64,000 nt of DNA, taken from assembly GCA_951406725.2 (NCBI GenBank), contig OX597836.1:8432001-8496000 (forward strand), in the 5' to 3' direction. The stretch is from Octopus vulgaris (lineage: Eukaryota). The notes under the pieces are model-generated. The model searched no databases and was not told the DNA's origin. It saw nothing but the letters and a program-made list of their open reading frames with translations. A program made the position numbers and the translations under genes. Shown here piece by piece: positions 43,024 to 57,844 of the stretch (position 1 is its first letter; the number at the start of each line of letters is the position of its first letter).

Positions 43024-43069
<46 letters not shown>

Positions 43070-43101
43070 GTATGCATATATATATATATATATATATGCA
43101 T

Positions 43102-43136
<35 letters not shown>

Positions 43137-43224
43137 ATATATATATATATGTATATATGTATATATGTATATATATATGTGTGTGTGTATATATATGTAT
43201 ATACATGTAAATAACTGTATATAT

Positions 43225-43289
43225 ACAGGGTGATTCAAAAGTTCCCATACATACATTCTTATAAAAAAAATAGATGTTTCCTATGTATG
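43225..43289. mobile_element. Tiny Tc1/mariner-type MITE
   Basis: TIRs cagggtgattcaaaagt / acttttgaatacccctg. Confidence 0.6.
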
Positions 43290-43311
43290 ATGACTTTTGA
43301 ATACCCCTGTG

Positions 43312-43422
<111 letters not shown>

Positions 43423-43444
43423 TATGTATACATATATACATATG

Positions 43445-43489
<45 letters not shown>

Positions 43490-44169
43490 TTATATACATA
43501 CATATGTATACAGATATACATATATATATATCTATATATATATATATACACATACATACACACATATACATAAAAACACACAGCTACACATGCAGACATA
43601 TATGAACTTGATGTGTTAGTTGCAGGATTATCTGACACGATTATATTTATGCGGCGCAAATGTCACGAATTGCTATGGGCTAATCTAATTAGCGGGTAAC
43701 ACAACGAAGTACGCATGCGCAACTCGTTCCGCACTTTCACTATCGAACACACCTCTTCTTACCTTTCTCCAAATATTGCACCAATAGCTATTGTCTTCCT
43801 ACCTGTTACTAAAGAGGGTGGAAGCCGTTATATAAATGGTTCCTGTCCACTGGATTTCGCTCCGCCCTTTCCCGCCGCCATCTTTTGTCTCCTTCCTTCG
43901 TTTCATATTTTTTTCTTCTATTGTTTTTATTTACACGGACGACATATGTCTAATGTTTATCTATTGATGTGAAAAGTTTCCTTAAGGAATGAAATTGAAG
44001 GCAGAAGGGTGAATAAACATCGTTATAAAGAAACCCTTATAATTTACTCTGTACTAACAGTATTGAGCCCTTGCGTTTAGCTTGTGGTTTTTACCTTTAC
44101 AAGGTGAACCAATGCAAGCACACAAACAAACACAAAAACACACACAAGCACACAGACACACATTTGCAG

Positions 44170-44342
44170 ATAGGAATATTTATACATTATTTACATTATT
44201 TACGTTATTTGCATTCGACGGATATTTGACCTCATCTTGTTTGTTGTTAACACAACGTTTCGGTTGATATACCCACCACCCCTTCTTCAGGTGTCTTGGG
44301 GAAATTTCGAACCTGGGTTCTCATTCCTAAGCTATTTTTCTA

Positions 44343-44345
<3 letters not shown>
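44170..44345 (-). mobile_element. Family C element with decayed HHR (44249-44295)
   Basis: Inverted relative to 44975-45160; stem II mutated. Confidence 0.75.
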
Positions 44346-44411
<66 letters not shown>

Positions 44412-44467
44412 CATTATTATTATTATTTTTATTATTATTATTATTATTATTATCATTATTATTATTA

Positions 44468-44543
<76 letters not shown>

Positions 44544-44557
44544 CATTATTATTATTA

Positions 44558-44625
<68 letters not shown>

Positions 44626-44626
44626 A

Positions 44627-44701
<75 letters not shown>

Positions 44702-44731
44702 TTATTATTATTATTATCATTATTATTATTA

Positions 44732-44786
<55 letters not shown>

Positions 44787-44812
44787 TATTATTATTATCA
44801 TTATTATTATTA

Positions 44813-44866
<54 letters not shown>
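44345..44866. repeat. ~520-bp (TTA)n with periodic interruptions
   Basis: Directly visible. Confidence 0.95.
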
Positions 44867-44867
<1 letters not shown>

Positions 44868-45160
44868 GGCATAGTGGTTAAGAGCGCGGGCTACCGACCC
44901 AAAATTCCAAGTTTGATTCCAAGCAGTGACCTGAACAACAACAACAACAACAATGACAACAACAACAACAATGATATCGAAAACTACCTTAGGAATGAGA
45001 ACCCAGGTTCGAAATTTCCCCCAAGACACCTGAAGAAGGCTGGAGGGTATATCAGCCGAAACGTTGTGTTAACAACAAACAAGATGAGGACAAACATCCG
45101 TCGAATGTAAATAATGTAAATAATGTACATAATTCCTCATCTCTTAAATGTAGAACTGTA
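44867..45160 (+). mobile_element. tRNA-like head + (AAC)n + family C body with intact HHR (45025-45070)
   Basis: A-box TGGCATAGTGG at 44867, B-box-like GTTTGATTCC near 44911; GACAC-CUGAAGA-A-GGCUG...CAGCC-GAAAC-GU-U-GUGUU. Confidence 0.75.
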
Positions 45161-45376
45161 GAAATATTTATGTACTTCTCCTTGAATTTATACCCACTGA
45201 CCCGGAAGCCTGCTACGGACCCTAGCTCCAGTCTCCATTGTGAATTTGGATCCTATCGGATTTACAGCACTTACGCAGTGACCTAAACCCTTCCTGTTCT
45301 TTACACACACACACACACACACACATACACAAACACACATACACACACACATATGCACACACACACACACATACAC

Positions 45377-45414
<38 letters not shown>

Positions 45415-45670
45415 GGGTTTGGAACAGTGGATTTTGAAATACATAAAGCTATAAGTAGTAGCCCGTAGGAAGCTTTCGACTTTTATTTTTCTTTATACCA
45501 AAGAGGTTTTCAACCAAATATTTGCATGCTATCATTTATAGCATTTGGTACATCATGAATCATTGTTTCCACCCAAAAGAATTATTTCACCTTATCTCGA
45601 AAATTTATAGATTTTTATGAGAATATACATTTCTCTCTCTCTCTCCCCCTCTCTCCTTCTCTCTCTCTCG

Positions 45671-45739
<69 letters not shown>

Positions 45740-45860
45740 GACTACCTCTGAAGAGTGCAAGGTTACATAATCGGACTGTTACCTAACATTCCGTTGAACT
45801 CCTAATGCGAGACCAATAGGTAAGATTGGTTATACTGGATACATAATACTGTAGACTTTG

Positions 45861-45909
<49 letters not shown>

Positions 45910-46343
45910 TATATATTATATTACACTATATTATATCATGTTATATTATATTATAGTATATAATATTATGTTCGTTGCGTTTATTTCCATATCAATTAAT
46001 ATAAAACAATTATTTGTTAAACATTGATTATTTAAATTCAATTTATCAAATGGACGTTTTAATAAATCGTCACAATTCAAATTCACAATTAAAACGAAGC
46101 AATTGAATTGAATTGAATGAAAGATTTCGCTAAAGTCAACCATCGAAAAGAGAATTTATTAAGTTGATAGCTTGATAAATTCAATTACTCAAAATCGAAT
46201 TCAGATGTCATTAGGCTAACATAATAATAATGATGATGATGACGATGATGATGATGACGATGATGATGATGATGATGATGATGATAAGGATAATAATAAT
46301 GATAACAATAACAACAACAACAATAATAATAATGATGTTGATG

Positions 46344-46409
<66 letters not shown>

Positions 46410-46848
46410 TAATAATAATCTTTTCTACAATAGGCACAAGGCCTGGATTTTCTAGGGAGAGGGGCCAGTCGATTAGATCGACTCCAGTGCGTAACTTGTA
46501 CTTAATTTATCAACCCCGAAAGGATAAAAGTCGTAACCGACGGAGGACCAATTAAGTCAATTCATACGAATTTATTTCATTTCTAAACAATAATTAATAT
46601 TTATCCTTTATATTTATTTCTTTATTGCCCACAGGGGGCTAAATATAGAGGGAACAAACAAGGACAGACAAAGGGATTAAGTCGATTATATCGACCCCAG
46701 TGCGTAACTGGTACTTATTTAATCGACCCCGAAAGAATGAAAGGCAAAGTCGACCTCAGCGGAATGAAAGGCAAAGGCAAAGTCGACTATACAGTATAGT
46801 AGGGTTAATTGGGTACCGTCTGTGAAAAAACCAGCACCATGATGCAAT

Positions 46849-47475
46849 TCACTCTGCCAGAAATTTGGAAACGACATGCTGTACTGCATGGCATTTGTGC
46901 CAGAAGCTCCAATACGAACATTTCAGAGTGTTTGGGTGTCAGTCTGAGGTTAGTGCAACCAGAGGACATGTACCGAGAGTGATAAAAATCAAACATCCAG
47001 TCAACATCATGATGTTTGGAGTAATCACTAGTGATGGTGACGTTATGCCTCCATCCATCTTCCCACACACCCTCAGACTCAACACAGAGGCCTACATCAA
47101 TTACCCGGAAGAGGTAGTGCCGTCTGGGTCAAGGAGGTAGCTGCTGGAAGACCCTATGTCTGGCAACAGGATTCTACAACATTCTACACAAACAGGAAAA
47201 CCCAGTCATGGCACTGTCAGACAATTTCTGTGACCGCATCACTCCTAACATCTGGTCACCTAACTCCCCAGATTGCAATCCCCCTTGATTATTATGTGTG
47301 GGGCGCAGTTGAGCGAGAGACCAACAAAACTCCTTGTGACACCAAAAATGAACTGAAGGCAAGGATTATGGTGGCATTCACCAACTTAAACAAGGAGATT
47401 GTCCAGAAGAGTTGCAGGAGATTCCAAAGTCGTCTGGAGACGGTGGTTGAAGCCAATGGCGATTTTATTGAATAA
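46849..47475 (+). pseudogene. Internally deleted Tc1/mariner-superfamily (maT/DD37D-like) transposase
   Basis: KHPVNIMMFGVITSDG...YVWQQDS...WSPNSPDCNP-LDYYVWG...VEANGDFIE* across frameshifts. Confidence 0.85.
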
Positions 47476-47526
47476 ATTTACTCTTTAGTATTTCATATTT
47501 TTCTGTAATTTTGGTAAATATATCAC

Positions 47527-47895
47527 AGGCGTAGGAGTAGCTGTGTGGTAAGTTGCTTGCTTACCAACCACATAGTTCTGGTTTCAGTCCCACTGCGTGG
47601 CACCTTAGGCAAGCGTCTTCTACTATAGCCTCGGATCGAGTGGATTTGGTAGACGGAAACTGAAAAAAGCCCGTCGTATATATGTATATATATATGTGTG
47701 TGTGTATATGTTTGTGTGTCTGTGTTTGTCTCCCCAACATCGTTTGACCACCGATGCTAGTGTGTTTACGTCTCTGTAACTTAGTGGCCGATAGAATAAG
47801 TACTAGGCTTACAAAGAATAAGTCCTGTAGTCGATTTGCTTGACTAAAGGCGGTGCTCCAGCATGGCCACAGTCAAATGACTGAAACAAGTAAAA
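47527..47895 (+). mobile_element. SINE family 1
   Basis: Head and tail present. Confidence 0.88.
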
Positions 47896-48730
47896 AAAAA
47901 AAGAGATGATTCTACAACAAATACCATCCCGAAATATAACAATATTTTCAAGTACATATCGATTAAAATCGATGGAGCCTTCTATCAAATTTTAGATACG
48001 GGGATCTACAAGTGGATGATAAAGATATTAGTTTCTAGACGATGCATGTATTTCATTTGCAAATAAGATTTTGGACACCTGAGTGGTATTCCTATGGTGG
48101 GGTAATTGTGGTCCTTTCTTTGCTGATTTATAGTTGGCGTGTTGTAAGTTTCGTTTTTCTTAATTAATTATGGAAAAGGAAGAAGCCAGATGTGGTTAGA
48201 TAAACTGTTAGGTGTTCTATATATATATATATATATATATATACACTTATATGTAAGTATGTATGTATGTATGTATGTATGTATGTATGTATGTATGTAT
48301 GTATGTATGTATGTATTTATGTATATATATATATATATATATATACATACATATATAAATATGTGTGTGCGTACGTCCAAGGTAAGCATCTCTGCAGATT
48401 GCAGATTATTGAACTATTTACAGACTAATTCGACGCGCAGGAAACAGGAAATTCAGTTGAATGCTCAATGGAAATCACATGACCGGAAATTCCGGAGGGA
48501 AAGTATCTGTATGTATATATACATATACATACACACATGCTTACATGTACTTTTAAAAATATCTATGTATGTGTATAAATACATTTTATATATGTTGTGA
48601 TTTATGCATGTATATATATATATGCAAGTATATATATATATATATATATACATATATATATTTTTAGATGCATATGTGCATATATACATACATACAAACA
48701 CATAAACACACGCACGCAGACATACATACA

Positions 48731-48833
<103 letters not shown>

Positions 48834-49212
48834 TACTTGCATGCTCATTCATACATTCTTTTAAAGAAACATATATACTTATATATAGTTATAGCTGTGT
48901 ATATGTGTGTATGCGTGTTTTCTTGTGTGTTTGTACGTATTTCTTATGCATACGTGGGCGTTCTATATAGTGAGTTCAATTATCTTCAATTAATTGAGAT
49001 TATCTTGGTAATTAAGAGACAAAAAACTGGGGAAGTTTGTCTTCTAGGATAATCTGAGATAATTGAACCATTTCAACTCACAATATTGTATATGTAAGAC
49101 TCTACCACTATACACACGTATATACATGCATAGGTACGTACACACATACATACACACATGCATACATACATGCATCCATCCATACATATTACATACATAC
49201 ATACATACATAC

Positions 49213-49502
49213 ATGTGGAGACTCAATGGCCCAGTGGTTAGGGCAGCGGACTCGCGGTCGGAGGATCGCGGTTTCGATTCCCAGACCGGGCGTTGTGAGT
49301 GTTTATTGAGCGAAAACGCCTAAAGCTCCACGAAGCTCCGGCAGGGGGTGGTGGCGAACCCTGCTGTACTCTTTCGCCACAAATTTCTCTCACTCTTTCT
49401 CTTGTAGGCCTGCTCGCTTAGCCAGTGAGGTCATTTGAAGGCTAAAAAAGCAATGCGAAGCGCATTGTGACCAGCGATGTGTAGCAACATCTGATAGCCT
49501 GG

Positions 49503-49505
<3 letters not shown>
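49213..49505 (+). mobile_element. SINE with family 3 head and alternative tail
   Basis: tggcccagtggttagggc...gtttcgattccc head; (ACAT)n on both sides. Confidence 0.8.
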
Positions 49506-49545
<40 letters not shown>

Positions 49546-49674
49546 CATACTCAGATGCATGCATGCATGCATGTATCCATCCATCCATCCATCCATCCAT
49601 CCATATATACATACATACATACATAAAAACACAAATAAGTGTGCCATTTGCGAGCGTGTATGTGTATCTGTGTG

Positions 49675-49707
<33 letters not shown>

Positions 49708-49799
49708 GTATAATTCAGAAAGCTACCTCCAACGCATTTTCTCTCTGTTGTATTTATAATCGTATACATATACGAATATATACATATATATTACATGCA

Positions 49800-50361
49800 C
49801 AAGCAAGGACAGACAATCGGATTAAGTCGATTATATCGACCCCAGTGCGTAACCGGTACATAATTTATCGACCCCGAAAGGATGAAAGGCAAAGTCGACC
49901 TCGTAGGAATTTGAACTCAGAACGTAACGGCAGACGAAATACCTATTTCTTTACTACCCACAAGGGGCTAAACACAGAGGAGATAAACAAGGACAGACAA
50001 AGGGATTAAGTCGATTACATCGACTCCGGTGCGTAACTGGTACTTAATTTATTGACCCTGAAAGGATGAAAGGCAAAGTCAACCATGGTGGAATTTGAAC
50101 TCAGATGGTGTAGGCAGGTGAAATACCTATTTCTTTACTACCCACAAGGGGCTAAACACAGAGAGGATAAACAAGGACAGACATAGGTATTAAGTCGATT
50201 ACATCGACCCCCAGTGCGTAACTAGTACTTAATTTATCGACCCCGAAAGGATGAAAGGCAAAGTCGACCTCGGTGGAATTTGAACTCAGAACGTAGCGGC
50301 AGACGAAATACGGCTACGCATTTCGCCCGGCGTGCTAACGTTTCTGCCAGCTCGCCGCCTT
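49800..50361 (-). mobile_element. Tandem array of 3 SINE family 2 units
   Basis: Reverse-complement counterpart of 14128-15066. Confidence 0.9.
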
Positions 50362-50912
50362 AATAATAATAATATGATGATTAATAATTATAGGATTATA
50401 ATATTGCAGCTTTATGGTATTATGATTATTTTTAATGATGAAAGGTAATTAGTTAAAGTAGCATGAATAGATGAACAATAAAAATATTCTTAAAATTCGG
50501 AAAACCTATTACGGTCACTCAATTATGGTTATTCGTATAACCTACTAAATATATGCAGTTGGCTTTGCCTTATTTCTTTCTGCTATGATAATCTTTCGGT
50601 TTAGGTACTTTTGTTAATGTATTTACTTTGCTTTATTTTTATTTTTCTGGGGGTTTTTTTCTCTCGTTTTGTTTGTTTCAGTCATTAGACTACGGCCAAG
50701 CTGTAGCACCGCCTTGAAGAATTTTTAGTCGAATGTATCAACCCCAGTATTTATTTATTTATTTATTTATTTATTTTTGTAAGGCCTGGTATTTTTTCTA
50801 TCGGGTACTTTTGCCGAACCGCTATGTTAAAGGGACGTAAACACAGGCAACAAGCGGTAAAGGGGGATCAAACACAGACATACAAAGACAAACACACAGC
50901 AATAAATAAACA

Positions 50913-51435
<523 letters not shown>

Positions 51436-51519
51436 TACTATAAAATTGGATTTAATCCTAAATCTATTTTTTTTTTTTTTTTTTTCCCTGTAAATTTGGA
51501 TTTATTCCCTAATATTTAT

Positions 51520-51550
<31 letters not shown>

Positions 51551-52250
51551 GTATATATGTATGTATGTATGTATGTATTTATGCTCCAGCATAGCCGCAG
51601 TCAAATGACTGAAACAAGTAAAGAATATATGTATGTATACGACGAGCTTCTTCCAGTTTCCATCTACCAAATCCACTCACAAGTCTTTGGTTGGCCCAAG
51701 GCTATAGTAGAAGACACTTGCCCAAGGTGCCACGAAGAGGGACTGAACCCGGAACCATGTAGTTGGGAAGCAAGCTTACCACACAGCCACGCCGCACCTA
51801 TATTCAAAAATATTTGTAATATTGTTTTACAGCATCTGGCATTTTTTTCTTTTTCTTTTTGTATCTGGCTTCCAAGATTTTTTATGTGAATTCGTGTGTT
51901 GAAACAAATTTTGCTGTTGAGAGTGTCATTACAGCAACTTCTAGATTTTTTTTTGTTGTGGCTCTGCGTTGGTTACGACGGAGAAGGTTGCAGTTGATCC
52001 GATCGATAGAACAGCTTACTTGTGAAATTAGCTTGCAAGAGGCTGAACAGTCCACAGACACACATACCCTTAATATAGGTCTCAGGGAGACTCAGCGTGT
52101 CAGAAACAATGTGACAAAGCTGGACCTTTGAAATACACGTACTTCTCATTTTTGCCTGCAGACTGGACTGGAGCAACAGGGAAATAAAGAGTGTTTAGCA
52201 CTCATTCTGGATGTTCGCCACTAACGTGTGTATTAATATATATATATATA

Positions 52251-52445
52251 CAGTGAGAATTTACAAAAAAAAATCCCCCAAAAACAAAAGACGAAGACGG
52301 GTGTGTAAACAACAAACAGATGTGTTAGTTTAACGCTCGGGAAGTGAGAAAGTGTTTTATGTTTCGAGTCTACGCTCTTCGACAGAAAGGAACACAGAAA
52401 TAAGCAGGGAGAAAAAATACAAAAAAAATTTTAGTGCCTGGAACT
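52251..52445 (-). mobile_element. Family A' element with CUGUCGA HHR variant (52354-52389)
   Basis: Sibling of 55992-56185. Confidence 0.7.
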
Positions 52446-52448
52446 TAA

Positions 52449-52519
<71 letters not shown>

Positions 52520-52563
52520 TGTATGTATGTATGTATGTATGTATGTATGTATGTATGTATATA

Positions 52564-52755
52564 GCACATAAAAAACGAAGAACAAACACTAAAAAACAAA
52601 CAATAATGCGAGGACATGGTACATGTGAAATATTACCAGACGCCCAGGGAAGGTAGTAAAGGTCGTTTTACGTTTCGGAAAAAGCTCTTCTTCAGAAACA
52701 GGAGATACACGAAAGTCCAATAGAAAAGGAAGACGGAGGGAAAAAATCGCCAATA
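52564..52755 (-). mobile_element. Family A element with HHR (52665-52699)
   Basis: GUUU-CUGAAGA-AGAGC...GAAAC-GU-A-AAAC; stem II decayed. Confidence 0.68.
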
Positions 52756-52901
52756 TGAAACCATTATTATTTGCTAATTTAGTTAATTTTGTCAAGCTCC
52801 CTTTTCAGTTTGTAAGACAGAAATTTAAATGTAATAAAATGTATTAAAAGAAATCTAAAGTGCCTTTGTGATAACTGTAAACCTACTTTCCGGCCGCCCT
52901 G

Positions 52902-52948
<47 letters not shown>

Positions 52949-52974
52949 GAATAAACATATAAATATTTATATAA

Positions 52975-53073
<99 letters not shown>

Positions 53074-53082
53074 TATATATAT

Positions 53083-53121
<39 letters not shown>

Positions 53122-53531
53122 CCGGAACATGTTTAGCATAAGGAAGATATTTCGCACGATGCTCAAGAAATTCGACCACACCACTCTGGATCTTTTCTTT
53201 TCTATATATCGACCCCCCCCCCCAAAAGACGGTAGGATTTGAACCCCGTACCAGCTCCACTGTTTTCGAAGATCGAGTCGTAATTTTAAAACAAAACCAT
53301 AATGTTAACGGTTTCAAATTTTTCCACAAAGGCAACAATTTTGGGGGAGGGTTAGGGTTAGTTAATTATCTCAACCCCAGTCTTCAACAAGTACTTTTTT
53401 TTATCGACCTCGAAAGTATGAAAGGCAAGGTAGACCTCGTCGGAATTTGAACTCAGAATATAGCGACGGGCGAAATACCATGAAATATTTCGTCCAGCGC
53501 GCTAACGATTCTGCCAGCTAGCCGCCTTAAC

Positions 53532-53592
<61 letters not shown>

Positions 53593-53624
53593 GAATAAAT
53601 AAAATAAAAATATGTATATAACCC

Positions 53625-54072
53625 TGCGAAAGACATGCAGTAATATAGATATGGAAGGTCCTGGAAGGAGTAGCATCCAAATTTAGGACAAAAAGCTATA
53701 TGAACCCCCAGACTGGACGCCACTACTTGTTACCAAAGATTCCACCCGCTCCGCCGCCCAGAGTAAGGACCCAATACTGTTTTAGTTTAGAGTTCAAAGG
53801 CTTATAACTTTTCAATATCTTGCCAAAAGATCTCATAGATTTATAAGGAGTAGATGTGGATGCGTTCAAAGAATATTTAGACAAATTTTTATCTGATATA
53901 TCATATAAACCCAAATTGCGGCACGAAACGCAAAAAAGAACAGCTCTGTCGAACTCCCTAATTCACCAGAACCTATTCCAGAGACAGGACCGGGAAGTGG
54001 GAATAAATTAATAAGCCCTAACGCTGGTGGCAGTGCCCCAGCATGGCTACAGACTCTGGATAAAAGAATAAA
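53625..54072 (+). mobile_element. CR1-group LINE 3' end (decayed)
   Basis: ERHAVI*IWKVLEG...LFNILPKDL...FKEYLDKFL...RTALSNSL; 3' UTR gtgccccagcatggc...ataaaagaataaaa. Confidence 0.8.
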
Positions 54073-54635
54073 ACCATATATGAAGTGTGGAATCTTGCTT
54101 ACCTCCTGGTTGATCTATCGGTGTTTGCCAAGAATCCTGATAAATTATTTGTCGTTCCTTGATAACGAATATTTTCCACGTATAGATTTATAAGAAAACC
54201 AAATTTCGAAGAACGTACCTTTGGCAACGAATGTTACCAATCTCTTTCCGCCAACCTCTTTCCCAAACTGTTAGGTTCGGCAGGTAACAATTGCTTTCAC
54301 TTTTGAATGTCCAAAGTGTTTGTCTGGAGGAAAACAAATTAGAATTCTGAAGAATAGCTTCTAGTCAAAAGGTTTTATGATTTCTACAGCAAAATAGTCG
54401 CCCGCATTCTGATAATATGTGATATACAAAAGAAAAGCACTGAAAATGTTAACACCTAACCTGACTTACAGTACATTGCATCTGAACACACTTAATCGAT
54501 CTATATACATACGTAAACATGCATGTATACACCCATTCACAGAGGAATACTTACGTACGCACACGCAAATATACATGCACTCATTCACCCACTCTTCAGT
54601 CGTTCTCTCTCCTTGTGTGTGTGTATGTGTGTGTG

Positions 54636-54675
<40 letters not shown>

Positions 54676-54731
54676 TACACACACATATATATAGATATAC
54701 ATATAGATACATATACATTTATATGTATATG

Positions 54732-54762
<31 letters not shown>

Positions 54763-54828
54763 GTATATACATATACATATATATGTATATCATATAAATA
54801 CCTACATATATATGTATATACATATATA

Positions 54829-54877
<49 letters not shown>

Positions 54878-55225
54878 GCATATATGCAAATATATACATA
54901 TATACATGCGCAGACACAAATACATATACACACATACACATACATGATTTTGTTTTAACCTATATATAAAAACACTCAAAGGGATTATTGGAGATATTAA
55001 CTCGATTATCTATGTGTTACAGATAGCGGATTAGTAGAATGATCGGATAAAAGATTAACGCCTGCCCAACAGTCTCACTGATTCACTTACGCTCTTGTGT
55101 TTGCATAGCGTTTGCCGTTTACTTTTTCTTGTAATTTTTCTCTCCCTGTCATTCTCTCCCTTCCCACTCAATTCTCCATCGCATTTTAAGACAACCCAGA
55201 CTGGGAGATTGAAGATGAGCATATG

Positions 55226-55613
55226 TGTGGAAGCACTCCGTCGGTTACGACGATGAGGGTTCCGGTTGATCCGAATCAACGGAACAGCCTGCTCGTGAAA
55301 TTAACATGTAAGTGGCTGAGCACTCCACAGACACGTGTACCCTTAACGTAGTTCTCGGGGATATTCAGCGTGACACAGAGAGTGACAAGGCCGGCCCTTT
55401 GAAATACAGGTACAACAGAAACAGGAAGTAAGAGTGAGAGAAAGTTGTGGTGAAAGAGTACAGCAGGGATCACCACCATCCCCTGCCGGAGCCTCGTGGA
55501 GCTTTTTAGGTGTTTTCACTCAATAAACACTCACAACGCCCGGTCTGGGAATCGAAACCGTGATCCTATGACCGCGAGTCCGCTGCCCTAACCACTGGGC
55601 CATTGCGCCTCCA
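55226..55613 (-). mobile_element. SINE family 3, full length
   Basis: tRNA-like head ggcgcaatggcccagtggttaggg; flanking direct repeat gaagatgagcata (55211-55223 and 55615-55627), a probable TSD. Confidence 0.9.
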
Positions 55614-55939
55614 CGAAGATGAGCATAACATTAATACTGAATAGGCGGAGAAGGGTGATGAGTAAAGGTGATGGTGAAGGACGAGGCTAAGAATTTAGAA
55701 ATGGTCTCGCAATTTGGAAATTATTTCATTTAAGACATCTAATACCCGGGATCGATAAAATGGAATACCAATAAGATAGCGGTGCCGGGAGGCGTAGCCA
55801 AGGGTGTATGGTAACGAAGCTCGCTTCGCAACCACGTCGTTTCGGGTTTAGTCCGAACTGCGCAGCACTCTGGGTGTCTCGTACTATAGCTCCAGGCTTT
55901 GTTAATGAATTTGGTAGATGGAAACTGCGTGGAAGCCCA

Positions 55940-56308
<369 letters not shown>

Positions 56309-56513
56309 ATGTATGCATGTGTGTGTTGCGAAGCAGTAAAACCTGAGTTGCAAAGCGGTAAAATTAGCGAATACATATTTGATGAGGGAGTGACCAACAT
56401 GGCTCAAATACCTATCGGAAGAGAGCATTCCGCAGTCAAAATTTAGTCAAAGAACGCTTTCGGCAATGTATTGTTATCAACACGATAGCAATATTTGGTT
56501 TGGACGTCTTGGT

Positions 56514-57168
56514 CACGTGTTCTCAACTGGGATTCATATGACATTTTGGGGCGGGGGCATCATATGGACCTCAGTTGATTTTGATGCTAAAATTTATGTG
56601 AAATAAATTGGTTATACTCCTGCAATATTACACAATATATTTTAACAATTTACTACCAGTATCGCCCGGCGTTGTTCGGGTTTGTTTCGACACTTTAGAA
56701 TTGGAATTTTTGAAAAGTAAAACTTTTGCATTATGTAGCTTGTTATCCTCTTTCAGTGAACATTTTTCTGGTTGAAATACACCGAAAAATCGCGACACAG
56801 CAGTCAAAAAATAGGGATTTTCATAGAAAAAAGCACCCTTTTGATGTAAATAATTTTTGGTGTTAACACGGTCCGATTTGAATTTTTTCTGCTACAGAAG
56901 GAAGAGCAAGCCTTCTTCTATCATACTTTCAATTTTGGTCAACTTGCGCTGCAGGGTCTCGGAGGAGATAGTGTTAGTTGAAGGCTACCAAACCTGCCAC
57001 GCACACAAACAACTTCAGCTTTATATAGAGATAGATTATACAGTTCCTAATAATACTTAATTGTAAAAATATAAAAGGATTTTTTAACATCCAATGGCTA
57101 AGGGAGTCCGTCTGAGTAAAATAAGAATTGAAGGGGTCCGTAGGGGAAAAAATCGTTGAGAACTACGA
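56514..57168. mobile_element. hAT-type MITE containing a nested Helitron
   Basis: TIR cores gttctcaac / gttgagaac; 8-bp TSD gtcttggt at 56506-56513 and 57169-57176. Confidence 0.85.
56653..57035 (-). mobile_element. Non-autonomous Helitron, full length
   Basis: 5' TC (tctatctctatataaag), 3' hairpin and GTAG (CTAG in the sibling at 41806). Confidence 0.78.
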
Positions 57169-57844
57169 GTCTTGGTAGTTATAGATTTAGTTCTTTTGTG
57201 TAAATGTATATGTTGTTTAGGGAGTCGGCTTAGTCCGGTCTTAGGCTTTCTGTCATTTTAAAAAAAGTTCCACGTACAGATATCGTTTGGTTTTTTAACA
57301 TCTGCATCATGTGTTGCAAACTGTGGCAGACGAGAAAGGCAAAACGTTTCATGAAAAATTTTCCTGATGGAATGAAGGCATGCGTCATCGTGGGTGATAA
57401 GCACTCTGAACACTTGCTGCAGGAGGCGCCACATCTGTGCAAAGGAGTGAGGGTCTCTAGCAAGACTGAGAAGTGGTATCTGTGCTGCTGATAATTAAGA
57501 GAACAATGAAGCGATGACATTTCTCGAAATCGAAGGAAACAAAATACAAGCACCATATGATTCTTGTAACAAAAACATGTGCAATTCCAGAACTGATATG
57601 ATGAAAGATTCATTTCATTTCATTTCATTTCAAATTATGCCATATTACATTTCAGCATGACTAAATCGTCTTTTCAAGCGATTGAGACCGGTTGCATACT
57701 TTGATAAAATTGTACTACTTTCTTTTATCCATGATGAAGTTTTTAACGCATTTTCTTTTTGTATTTTTAATAAAATTTTACTGGAGAAATCTATTAATCT
57801 TCTCAATATATATATGTATGTATATATATATATGTATAAAATAT

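Noticed and set aside
45743-45822. TACCT-CTGAAGA...GAGA...AGGTA HHR-like motif
   Set aside because: GAGA instead of GAAA and poor stems II/III; possibly a decayed copy, not counted.
53140-53175. Minus-strand GCA/TGC-GAAATATC half-hammerhead
   Set aside because: The CUGANGA strand is not recognisable.
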